From an uncultured Anaerolineales bacterium (lineage in GTDB: Bacteria; Chloroflexota; Anaerolineae; CG2-30-64-16), in contig CAYLZG010000009.1 in assembly GCA_964387985.1 (NCBI GenBank), forward strand, positions 9,811 through 61,772: DNA of 51,962 nt, in the 5' to 3' direction. The translations under genes and the position numbers were made by a program. This document shows, piece by piece, positions 11,059-19,924 of the stretch. A model generated the notes under the pieces. The model did no database searches, was not told the origin of the DNA, and worked only from the letters and a program-made list of their open reading frames with translations. How positions within the stretch are numbered: the stretch's first letter is position 1; each line of letters opens with the position of its first letter.

Positions 11059-11691
11059 ATGAATAACAGTCGCACGGGGGCCCTGGCGGTGGGCGCACTC
11101 CTGGTGGCTTTCGGAGTCCTGTTCCTGCTGCAGAACTTCGGCCTGTTTGGCGGAGCTGAAGACCTGGTCTTCCTGGTTTTGTTCGGTGCGGGAGGGCTGG
11201 CCTTCCTCTACGTATTTGCCACGAATCAGCAGCAGTGGTGGGCGGTGATTCCCGGTTTCGTGCTGCTGGGCCTGGGCGTGCTCATCGGCTTCGGCGACAA
11301 GCTCGGAGCCTGGGGCGGAGCGCTGTTCCTGGGCAGCATCGGCCTGGCCTTCTGGGTGATCTACTTCGTGCGGCGTGACTTCTGGTGGGCCGTCATTCCG
11401 GGAGGCGTTCTGACGACGTTGGCGGTTGTCGCTGCGTTGGGAGAGAGCCTGCAGGGCATGGCCACTGGCAGCATCTTCTTTCTCGGTCTCGCCTTGACAT
11501 TCGCCCTGGTTTATCTTCTGCCAGTTGAAGAAGGCCGGCAGCGCTGGGCAGCCATCCCCGCGCTCGTGCTGGGCATCCTCGCTCTTCTGCTGGCCCTGTC
11601 GCAGGGCGGCCTCATCAACTATCTATGGGCGATCGGCCTCATTGCGGCCGGCGTGTATCTGCTCACCCGCAGCAAGATGTTTCAGCGCTGA
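11059..11691 (+). CDS. Multi-pass membrane protein (LiaI/LiaF TM-like repeats)
   Basis: G.LL...G.LFLL.N start and repeated WWAVIPG motifs. AAGGAGG RBS 8 nt before ATG 11059. Confidence 0.8.
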   Translation: MNNSRTGALAVGALLVAFGVLFLLQNFGLFGGAEDLVFLVLFGAGGLAFLYVFATNQQQWWAVIPGFVLLGLGVLIGFGDKLGAWGGALFLGSIGLAFWVIYFVRRDFWWAVIPGGVLTTLAVVAALGESLQGMATGSIFFLGLALTFALVYLLPVEEGRQRWAAIPALVLGILALLLALSQGGLINYLWAIGLIAAGVYLLTRSKMFQR

Positions 11692-11715
11692 CACGCGCTA
11701 TCTGAGGAGGAATTT

Positions 11716-12642
11716 GTGGACGAGCAACGGCATTATCGAGGGGGCTTCGTGTGGCCCATCATCCTGATCGGCGCAGGACTGGTCTTCCTGTTGAACAACC
11801 TGGGCATCATCGGTTGGAGCATCTGGGAGACTCTGCTGAGGCTCTGGCCGATCCTGCTGATCGCGGTCGGGCTGGATCTGCTGGTGGGGCGGCGTTTTCC
11901 CCTCGGCTCTGTGCTGCTGGCGCTTCTCCTGGTCGTCGTGCTGGTTCTCGCGGTCCAGGGGACGCTCAAAATGCCTGTCGCAGCCAATGCCGGGGTGGAT
12001 CGCACCGAGACGATCAGCCAGGACCTGGGCAGCGAAGAGCGCGCTTCGGTCGATATCCAGTTCGGCACAGGCAATCTCAACATCACCGCGCTCGATGAAG
12101 GCAGCCGCCAGCTGATTCAGGGGACAGCCGAACTGAGCCGGGACGAACGCCTGAGCAACGACTTCCGCGCCAGCAGCGGCGTGGGCTATTACACCCTGAG
12201 GAGCCAGGGTTCCTGGTCATGGGGCACCACTGCCTTCACCGATGAAGGCAAGGATTGGAACCTGGGGCTGAATCGCGACATTCAACTCGATCTCGAAGTC
12301 GATGCGGGTGCAGGAAAATCGATGCTGGACCTGGGGCTTCTCAATCTGCGTCGCTTCAAGTTGGATGGTGGTATCGGCCAGGTGACGGTGAAGCTGCCGG
12401 TGTCCGGCCGGTACGACATGACGATCGATGGCGGCATCGGCCAGGTGATCCTGATGGTCCCTGAAGGGCTGGCAGCGCGCGTGCGCGTCGACGGCGGCCT
12501 CGGGGGCGTGAATGTGCAGGGCGACTTCCGCAAGCAAGGCGACGAATACATCACGGATGACTACAATACTGCGGAGAACCGCGCGACCCTCGATGTCAAC
12601 GGCGGCATCGGGCAGATCGTCATCAAGGCGCTGAGCGAGTGA
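11716..12642 (+). CDS. LiaF-like protein (DUF5668-type TM region plus toast-rack/DUF2154-like beta domain)
   Basis: WPIILIGAGLVFLLNNLG...LWP.LLIA.GL N-terminus, then repeated (D/N)GGIGQV motifs. GAGGAGG RBS before the GTG. Confidence 0.8.
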   Translation: MDEQRHYRGGFVWPIILIGAGLVFLLNNLGIIGWSIWETLLRLWPILLIAVGLDLLVGRRFPLGSVLLALLLVVVLVLAVQGTLKMPVAANAGVDRTETISQDLGSEERASVDIQFGTGNLNITALDEGSRQLIQGTAELSRDERLSNDFRASSGVGYYTLRSQGSWSWGTTAFTDEGKDWNLGLNRDIQLDLEVDAGAGKSMLDLGLLNLRRFKLDGGIGQVTVKLPVSGRYDMTIDGGIGQVILMVPEGLAARVRVDGGLGGVNVQGDFRKQGDEYITDDYNTAENRATLDVNGGIGQIVIKALSE

Positions 12643-13927
12643 CCTCTGGAGCCGCAAGCTCCTGCGTAACGCCGCGCAACAGCGCCTCAAGTTGCGCGGC
12701 GTGCTCTGTCAACGATTCCGGCTGGCGCACACCGCTCCGCAAATTGCCCAGCCTCCCAGGCGTGTCGACAAGGGACTGCAGCGCACCGCGCCAGCTTGAG
12801 ACGTCGCCCGGCGGCAGGAGCAAGCCATCTACACCGTCCCTGACTCGGTCTGCGAGTGGACCCAGCCGAGAGACCAGCACAGGCGCACCAGCAACGAACG
12901 CTTCGGAGATGATGAACGAATAGGTCTCGTACCAAAGGGTGGGCACGGCGACGACGTCCACCTGGGCAAGCGTCTTCCATACATCCTCGCGATCTAGCCG
13001 GCCCAGAAAGCGCACATTCGGCGATGCAGTCTCTCGCAACACGCGGCTGTAGCCAGGATCTGCGCTCTCATCTCCCGCAACCCAGAGCTCCGCTTCACCA
13101 TGCAGCCCGGCAAACGCCTCGATAAGAACGTGTACGCCCTTTTGCGCGGACAACCCGCCGATGTAGGCGACTCTGAGCACTCCCGAATCGCCGTGGTGTG
13201 TGATGTTGTCGGGGTATGCCAGCGCGGGCGGCAAGACCACGACCCGCTCCTCGGGGAAACCGCGGCGAACGTACCACGCAGCCACAAATGGGGTCGGTGC
13301 GAGGAGCCGCGCGGCGCGCCGTATGATTGCGTCGAGAAGGGCGTTTCTTCGCGCCATCAGTGGCGCCACCAATGGCAGCGCTGGCAGGCGCAGGAGTCCG
13401 CCAGACAATCGCGCGGCGGCCCCGGTGGAGGCGCCCGCGCGTGCCACCGCACAGCGCGCGCAGTTGAGGAAGGTCCGCGTGGGCCCGTCGCAGATCTGCT
13501 GGCTGTCGTTGGTCAAGAGCTGTGCGTTGGCACACCGCCACCAGAAGTCCCACAAAGTGATCACATAGGGAATACGCGCCCTCTGGAGCAGCTGCGCGAT
13601 CGACACCGGCAGGCCCATCATATGCTGTATGTGAACGACATCGGGGCGGAAAGTCTCAATCACGGTCTCAAAAGCTCCGTGGAGAACGGCCTGGCGATGG
13701 CTCGCGAGGAAACGCTGGCCGGGCGACATGACGCCGGCACTCGCAGACCAAACAGCTGCGCCCTGTTCGTCGCGATACAGGAGACCCGGGTCGTCCCGAT
13801 TCGAGCGGTGAAACACCCCAACAGTATGCCCGCGTGCGACCATAGCACGGGCAATCGCCTGCGTGTACAACTCCGTGCCGCCGACGCGCTCGGGCAGGTA
13901 TTGGTGGACGAGGTTCAGGATGCGCAT
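12623..13927 (-). CDS. Glycosyltransferase family 4
   Basis: MRIL..HQYLP...GG.E, PDVVHIQH, KGVHVLIEA and ETYSFIISEA motifs. Start moved to ATG 13927. Confidence 0.92.
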   Translation of the reverse strand: MRILNLVHQYLPERVGGTELYTQAIARAMVARGHTVGVFHRSNRDDPGLLYRDEQGAAVWSASAGVMSPGQRFLASHRQAVLHGAFETVIETFRPDVVHIQHMMGLPVSIAQLLQRARIPYVITLWDFWWRCANAQLLTNDSQQICDGPTRTFLNCARCAVARAGASTGAAARLSGGLLRLPALPLVAPLMARRNALLDAIIRRAARLLAPTPFVAAWYVRRGFPEERVVVLPPALAYPDNITHHGDSGVLRVAYIGGLSAQKGVHVLIEAFAGLHGEAELWVAGDESADPGYSRVLRETASPNVRFLGRLDREDVWKTLAQVDVVAVPTLWYETYSFIISEAFVAGAPVLVSRLGPLADRVRDGVDGLLLPPGDVSSWRGALQSLVDTPGRLGNLRSGVRQPESLTEHAAQLEALLRGVTQELAAPEVTRSAP

Positions 13928-13931
13928 CGAG

Positions 13932-15206
13932 CTACCGTTTGGCCGCCAGGCTTTGATAAAGCTCATGGACAGGGGGATACTGGTGATCCCAGGTGAACTG
14001 CTCCAGCACTTTCTCTCGACCTGCACGCCCCATAGCCTTGCTCCGCTCAGGAATATCGAGCAGGTGGGAGATGCTCTCGGCTAGCTCATCGGTGGCCCCA
14101 AAAGGAACCAATATGCCGTCGACGCCATCGCGGATCACGTCGCATACACCCCAGGTACGCGCACCGATGACTGGTTTGCCATATAACCAGGCTTCCAGAT
14201 AGACGATCCCGAAGGAATCGGTTCGCGATGGCATGACAAAGATATCCGCCGCGGCCAACAGGTCGCGCTTTTCACTGTCCTCGATCGGACCCAGCACATG
14301 CAGCCGGTGCCGGTCGTCCTCGGGCAGCACAGCCAGATATTGCCGGAAGGATTCCAGCGTGGCGCCAGCAAGCACGAGATGAACCTCGCGCCCCGAAAGC
14401 CAGAGGCGACGCATGGCCTCCACCAAGTGCATCGAACCCTTATCATACGTGAGCGTCGAAAGACAGGCCACGATCGGCGCCGTGAGCCCATGCCGGCTCC
14501 GGAACCTGGCGCCATCGCCTCCCAGTACATCCGCGGGGTTCACGCCAGGTCCGATCACCACCAGGCGCTCTTGAGAGACACCCTTGTTGAGATAGAAATG
14601 CTGTTCGCTGGGTGTCATAGCGACGACTGCGTTGCTGGCGCGACTCAGCGCCACCTGGTGACGCATGGTATAAAAACGGCTGAGGTTGTCCTCACCGGGA
14701 CTCGCCCCCGCGCCCAGATGCGTCAGAGGGTGAACGACGAAGGGTACGCCATGTCGCCGGGCAAACCAAAGACCAGCCTCTACCAGGGTTTCAAAACAGA
14801 TGGTTGTCGCGGCAACGACATCAAACTGATCACGAGTTGCGCGCAGCCATTGCCACAAAGCGGGGACCCAGGGAGTAAAACGGGCAAGCCTATGGTGTAA
14901 CGTCAGGGGAACAACGCGGCTGCGCGAGCCCAGCCACAACAGGCGACGTAAGGCCGGATAGGTTATGTCCACCAGCGGCAGATGGCGCACCGGGAAACGC
15001 AAGATCCGCACTCCCCGGTGCTCCTCCTCGCTGCAGGCAACGCGCCGGCGTTTGGAGTTCCAGAAGAGCTCGATATCAAGGGCATCGGTCGTCGCAATCG
15101 TGACCTGATGTCCCGAGAGAACGAGTCGCTGTGAGATTTCCGCCAGGTAGGCCTCAGCCCCGCCGACGGCCGGCCAGTAACGTTGGCTGACGTGTAAAAC
15201 GCGCAC
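13932..15206 (-). CDS. Glycosyltransferase family 4
   Basis: RVLHVSQRYWPAVGGAE, DKG and DSFGIVYLEAW motifs. GTG start at 15206 overlaps the upstream TAG. Confidence 0.92.
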   Translation of the reverse strand: MRVLHVSQRYWPAVGGAEAYLAEISQRLVLSGHQVTIATTDALDIELFWNSKRRRVACSEEEHRGVRILRFPVRHLPLVDITYPALRRLLWLGSRSRVVPLTLHHRLARFTPWVPALWQWLRATRDQFDVVAATTICFETLVEAGLWFARRHGVPFVVHPLTHLGAGASPGEDNLSRFYTMRHQVALSRASNAVVAMTPSEQHFYLNKGVSQERLVVIGPGVNPADVLGGDGARFRSRHGLTAPIVACLSTLTYDKGSMHLVEAMRRLWLSGREVHLVLAGATLESFRQYLAVLPEDDRHRLHVLGPIEDSEKRDLLAAADIFVMPSRTDSFGIVYLEAWLYGKPVIGARTWGVCDVIRDGVDGILVPFGATDELAESISHLLDIPERSKAMGRAGREKVLEQFTWDHQYPPVHELYQSLAAKR

Positions 15207-18193
15207 TACCTCATTATCGACGGAAGCAACGACTTGTAAAGCTGCCGGACCACGCGCACTTGCACTTCCACCGACCTGGCCGGATAGTTGCCCGTCGTAT
15301 CGGTGATCGTCACTTTGGCAGAGTGAGTTCCCAGGGCCAACTGCCCTGCCGCGATTGTCATGGAGAACTTGCCGGGCGCGGCGCCGGTCGCCGGCTGCAC
15401 GTTGAGCCACCCGGCGTCTGGCGAAGCACGCCAGCTTGCGCTGCCGAGATCGCTCGTCTGGACTTGTGCCGCAATGCTGCCGGTCATATCGCGTGTCAAC
15501 AAGATATTGGCAGCCGTGGGAGCGATCACCAATTTCTTAGCGATACGGCCGTCTGCCAGAGCCAGCGCCACGGCCACGTCCTGGCCTGGCCACACCGGCG
15601 TGAGATGCTGACTCGGAGCTCGGGCCACGCCGCCCGTGTGGACCCCCCCTTCCCTGTCGAGGAGGTAAAAGCCCTTTCCATCTTCCGTGATCTCGAAGTC
15701 ACGCGCCCAGTCCTCGCCCATGTGCAAAGCGTAGTTCCAATTGATCGCAGGTGCACCGCCAACATTCCAAACCCGCCCGTAGGCGTCCAGGATGTACGCT
15801 CCCTTGCCGGTCGGGGCCAATTCGATCTTCTTGGCAATGTCTTCCCCGAAGTAAGGCGTTCCTTCCAGGCCGGGCGCATTTCCTCCGGTATGGATGATGC
15901 CGTCGCCCAGCAGTAGATAGACGCCTTTCCCATCCTGAGTCAAGGCGCCGGATCGCACCACCGGCGAGCCGAAGGTCGGCGGCGCGGGCGAGATATCCAG
16001 TGCGCCATCGCTCTTGACCAGATGGCCCTGACTGTCCAGGATGTAGTAGATGGTCGATTGATCGTCCCGCATCAACAACTCGACCGCTCCGGGAACAAAG
16101 CCATGGCCGCCCGGAGCAGGCGCCGTGCCGCCTTGCCAAGTCCCACCTTGGGAATCCAACATCTCATAGCCCTGTTCATCCGAAGTGAGAACCAGGCCCC
16201 TAACCTCTGGCCAATTCCAGTAGTCTCGCGGCAGACTGAGTTGCGATGCCAGGCCGCCTGCGTAGACGCCTCCAACCCCGTCGGATGAAGCACGGCTAAG
16301 AACATAGTAAGAGGGCTCGTCGCCGATTTTGACCTGTTTCCAGACGCTCGACCCGGTGAACCGTCCTGAGCCATCAGCAATGCGCCACGAACTGACTTGG
16401 TAACCGACTGTGGAAGGAGCCTGGATTTGAAACTCAAACGTTTTCTGCTGGCCAGGTGCAACGGACTCTCCCGATGCCAGTGACACTCGCATGCCTGGAG
16501 CAAGTGTGTTGTCGGATGCGGCCGCCAGATGTATACCGGCCGCGGCTGTCCAGGCCTGCGTCCCCGAGTTGGCCATCGTCACGCGCACCGTCTTGAGTTC
16601 GCCTTCCGCCATGACATCCGGCAGCGTATGGTTGACAGGCCGGGCATCATACGCCTTCGCAGCGCTGTATATCGCGCGATGATCAGCACTCCGCCGGAAC
16701 ATAGGCCACTCGGCTGTGGCCGGTGATTTGCGTACCTCCCAAGCGTAAATCAGAGCGTTTCCGATCACCTTCGTAGAAGAGTCGTATACTGCGCCGCCGC
16801 GCACCACCTCCAGATACCCGTCCGCATCCAGATCCTGCACGACAGGTGTATTACCCAGACACCACGCGTTGAACATGTACATGCTGGGTTTGCCAGAACT
16901 GCCGCTGTTGCCCACGTGGGTCAGCAACTTACCGTCGCCATCAAACACGACAGTGTCACAGTAGTAATTTATGAAAATCTCAGACGCTGAATCGTCGTCG
17001 AAGTTCGCCAGCACGGGCGAAGCATGGTACACAGGGGAGACATTACCGAAGTTGTCATATACAGCCGCGGGCCAGCCCGGAAGTAATTGGCCGTTTGAGC
17101 CGAAGGCGTAGAGCTTGCCGTCGTCAGCGCCGACGACGACATCGGGACGGCCGTCAGCGTTAATGTCACCGATCGCTGGACTGCTCATCACGTAGCCGCC
17201 GGTGGCCGCGGGCCATCCAGGCAAATTGTTGCCGTGCGCATCCCATGCGTAGACAGCCTTTCCGCGATCCGGGTAGTAGTTCCCTGTACCAACCACAATG
17301 TCGAGGTTTCCATCTCCATTCAGATCCACAATCGCTGGGGACGAGGAGATGGTCTGATCTATGTGCTTCGGGAATCCCGGCTGACGGGAGCCATCTCCTT
17401 GAAGGACTTCCAGCAATCCGCCATCCGATGCGTCAACGCCGATAATGACTTCTGCGCAACCATCGTTGTCCAGATCTGCAATGGCCGGCGAAGACCAAAC
17501 GGTGTTGTAGACAAAACGCGGCCAACCTTGCACAAGGCTCCCGTCGTGGTGCCATGCATAAACGCGCATGTCCCAGCCGCCGGCGACGATCTCCAAATCA
17601 CCATCGCCGTCCAGGTCGCCGATAGCAGGACTGCTGTAAAATCCTTCGAGATAGCCGTCCGGGCCGCCCATGTTCGGGCCCATCTGGTCACTGCCAACCC
17701 TGGGCCAGCCAGGCCTGAGTCGACCCAGATGATCCAACACAACGATGCCACCATTATAGCCCAAGACGGAGGCAGGCGCCCCGACGGCGACCACCACTTC
17801 GGGCCAACCATCCCAGTCCAGGTCGGCGACCGCGGGCGCCGAGTCAATTCGACTCCCACCAGGCCGCGGCGCCATCGCGTTGATTGATGCAGTCGCATCA
17901 AAGACCCAAAGGACCGAACCATCTGATCGCAGTGCGTGAATCTTGCCGTCAATGCCGCCGATGATGATCTCCTGCTTGCCGTCCTTGTCCAGATCTGCCG
18001 TCGCAGGAGAAGCGTATTCTATTGCTGCTCCTGACAGCACACGCCCACCCTCGAATCCAGGCTGCATTGGCAAGGGAATGTACGGCTGAGCGCCCGCACT
18101 GAGCGGAATCAGTGCGACAACCACCAGGAATACCAGGCTTGTGATCAACCAGCGGTATAGGGACAAGCGCGATAAAACTATCGTGCTGTGCAT
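15206..18193 (-). CDS. Secreted multidomain protein: FG-GAP/VCBS propeller, NBR1-like Ig domain, second repeat propeller, BACON-like domain, C-terminal LP tail
   Basis: Signal peptide (…IPLSAGA). Repeated SSPAI.DLD.DG..EIV and LPGWP motifs. Ig motif V.V.MANSG..W…VAPGQ…F.I.AP. Five G.Y.LD..G.V..GG repeats. W…WL.V.P..G segment. Ends LYKSLLPSIMR. Confidence 0.85.
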   Translation of the reverse strand: MHSTIVLSRLSLYRWLITSLVFLVVVALIPLSAGAQPYIPLPMQPGFEGGRVLSGAAIEYASPATADLDKDGKQEIIIGGIDGKIHALRSDGSVLWVFDATASINAMAPRPGGSRIDSAPAVADLDWDGWPEVVVAVGAPASVLGYNGGIVVLDHLGRLRPGWPRVGSDQMGPNMGGPDGYLEGFYSSPAIGDLDGDGDLEIVAGGWDMRVYAWHHDGSLVQGWPRFVYNTVWSSPAIADLDNDGCAEVIIGVDASDGGLLEVLQGDGSRQPGFPKHIDQTISSSPAIVDLNGDGNLDIVVGTGNYYPDRGKAVYAWDAHGNNLPGWPAATGGYVMSSPAIGDINADGRPDVVVGADDGKLYAFGSNGQLLPGWPAAVYDNFGNVSPVYHASPVLANFDDDSASEIFINYYCDTVVFDGDGKLLTHVGNSGSSGKPSMYMFNAWCLGNTPVVQDLDADGYLEVVRGGAVYDSSTKVIGNALIYAWEVRKSPATAEWPMFRRSADHRAIYSAAKAYDARPVNHTLPDVMAEGELKTVRVTMANSGTQAWTAAAGIHLAAASDNTLAPGMRVSLASGESVAPGQQKTFEFQIQAPSTVGYQVSSWRIADGSGRFTGSSVWKQVKIGDEPSYYVLSRASSDGVGGVYAGGLASQLSLPRDYWNWPEVRGLVLTSDEQGYEMLDSQGGTWQGGTAPAPGGHGFVPGAVELLMRDDQSTIYYILDSQGHLVKSDGALDISPAPPTFGSPVVRSGALTQDGKGVYLLLGDGIIHTGGNAPGLEGTPYFGEDIAKKIELAPTGKGAYILDAYGRVWNVGGAPAINWNYALHMGEDWARDFEITEDGKGFYLLDREGGVHTGGVARAPSQHLTPVWPGQDVAVALALADGRIAKKLVIAPTAANILLTRDMTGSIAAQVQTSDLGSASWRASPDAGWLNVQPATGAAPGKFSMTIAAGQLALGTHSAKVTITDTTGNYPARSVEVQVRVVRQLYKSLLPSIMR

Positions 18194-18537
18194 TAAGCAA
18201 CTCCGTTTGTGATTCTTGAATCCGGGTGCCCCATCTACTTGGGTAGCGGGAATCGCGAGAGGAAGACACCACCGACCGTGCTACATTTCACCACAGGTTG
18301 GCAAGGTTGTCACCTTCGCTGACATCGAGCCCGCCACCAAAAGGTGGTTGCGATGCCTGGCCGATTTACGACGGTGATGAAGGCCAGGCGAACACCCGGC
18401 CACTACCTGTCTGTGGTCTTTGTTTTCTTCTGCATAGTAGCTAACGGATGAAACCGAATGACGTTACGCATGCATGGTGGAGCTTGCTTTCGCAGATATT
18501 ATCCTATGACATCAGCGGAGAAGCTAGCGTGCTCGTC

Positions 18538-19746
18538 TCAAGTGACCCAATACCAGTGTGTGAAGGCAATTGTCCACATGGCTAGCAGCAGGGTCGACAC
18601 AATAACGATGCCGACGAACCGCCGTTCGCCACTTAGCCACTGGGCCCATGCGATGAAGACCGGGAAGACCGGCATGGCGTATCGGCCAATGTTGATCCAT
18701 TGAGTGGCACCGACCACCAACATGGTAACTGCGAATAAACCTGCCCCCCATCCCTGGCGACGAAAAACCGAGAACACCGTCAAGCAAAACAGAATGCCCG
18801 TCAGCAAGTTCCAGACATAGCTCACAGGATAGTTGCCAGTCAACAGGTTCGGAACAGACCAGAACTGCTGCCAAGTGCTAGTCAGAACGTTGGCGCCTTG
18901 TTCGCTTAGCCACCAGCCTGGTGCGCGCTCCACCTCGAAGTACAGCCACGGATCCTCAAAGCGGACATAAAGATACGCGAAATACAGAAGTGGACCGACG
19001 ACAGACAAGAGTATCCAGAGCACATCAGGACGAACTCTGCGCCACGAAAAGTGAATCTTCTCCAGATAGACAATAATAAGCACTGGAAACATCACCAACC
19101 CGGGGAGGCGCGTCGCCCCGGCAAGCATGCCGCAAAGCGCCGCTCCCCACCAGCACTCCTTGTCCGCAAAGAAGAAGGCACCGACAACGAACATGAAAAA
19201 CACGGACTCAGAGTAAACCGCTCCATAGTAGAAGGCGAAAGGGTAGACCGAAAGCAGGACAACGGTGCGAAACGCCACACTTTCGTCAAAACGCTGCAGC
19301 ACCAGAAAATATAGCAGAAGCAATGCGATAAGAAAAGCTACGTTGGAAATCAAGATGCCGGCCAAGTAAGTACTACCGATGAGACCGCCGAATAGGCGCA
19401 TAGCCAGTGGATACAAAGGGAAGAAAACAATGTTCTGCTGGATGGCTTCCGGGGTCTCGATGTAACTGTAACCGTGCTGCGCGACGCCGTTGTACCAGCC
19501 AGAATCCCAACGCGCCCAGCCATCCAGGAACAAATTCTGGGGGAAAGATCGCCACTGGTTACCAGGTCCCCCAATTGAGGGATCGGGGTTCAGCGGCATG
19601 AGTGCCAGGCTGAGATACGCGACGAGAACCAATCCGGCACGGCTTGCCAGTCCTATGGCCAAAGGTGTGGCTGCGCGCGTCCAGAAATCCCGCCAGGGGG
19701 TTCGAAAGCGCAAGCAATCAGTATGTGCCGGTGGGAGTCGTGGCAT
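18538..19746 (-). CDS. GT-C membrane mannosyltransferase-like protein (PIG-V/Mannosyl_trans2-like)
   Basis: RWDSGWY…HGY, FFPLYP, AVYSES.F and ATR.PG motifs; multiple TM segments. Start moved to ATG 19746. Confidence 0.85.
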   Translation of the reverse strand: MPRLPPAHTDCLRFRTPWRDFWTRAATPLAIGLASRAGLVLVAYLSLALMPLNPDPSIGGPGNQWRSFPQNLFLDGWARWDSGWYNGVAQHGYSYIETPEAIQQNIVFFPLYPLAMRLFGGLIGSTYLAGILISNVAFLIALLLLYFLVLQRFDESVAFRTVVLLSVYPFAFYYGAVYSESVFFMFVVGAFFFADKECWWGAALCGMLAGATRLPGLVMFPVLIIVYLEKIHFSWRRVRPDVLWILLSVVGPLLYFAYLYVRFEDPWLYFEVERAPGWWLSEQGANVLTSTWQQFWSVPNLLTGNYPVSYVWNLLTGILFCLTVFSVFRRQGWGAGLFAVTMLVVGATQWINIGRYAMPVFPVFIAWAQWLSGERRFVGIVIVSTLLLAMWTIAFTHWYWVT

Positions 19747-19924
19747 GATCAATGACTCTCTTGACGAACGCCTTGTAGCGCTCCTCGACGACTGCGCGGC
19801 CGTCATTGCGGTGCACATATAGGCGACCATTGTTCGCCATCTGAGACCGTAGTTCGATATCGCCGAGCAGCAATTGGAGCGCCTCGGAGAAATCAAAGAA
19901 AAGCCTTCTTTGTGCGATACTCAC
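19718..19924 (-). pseudogene. Remnant copy of the 3' end of the GT4 gene at 21322-22581, still an open 68-codon frame
   Basis: EALQLLLGDIELRSQMANNGRLYVHRNDGRAVVEERYKAFV versus EALQLLLGDIRLRSQMANNGRIYVHRNYGRAVVEERYKAFV in the intact gene. Confidence 0.85.
19752..19885. repeat. 134-bp direct repeat, copy 1 (copy 2 at 21356-21489)
   Basis: Ungapped manual alignment, offset 1604 bp, about 10 mismatches. Confidence 0.95.

Noticed and set aside
18205-18260. c-di-GMP-I riboswitch (GGTAGCGGG resemblance)
   Set aside because: It is on the wrong strand for the downstream gene, and the GGCAAAC/GAAA tetraloop and GCAAAG elements are missing.
19747-19896. N-terminal extension of the mannosyltransferase ORF
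   Set aside because: It is an alternative frame of the duplicated GT 3' end; the same peptide appears at 21297-21542.
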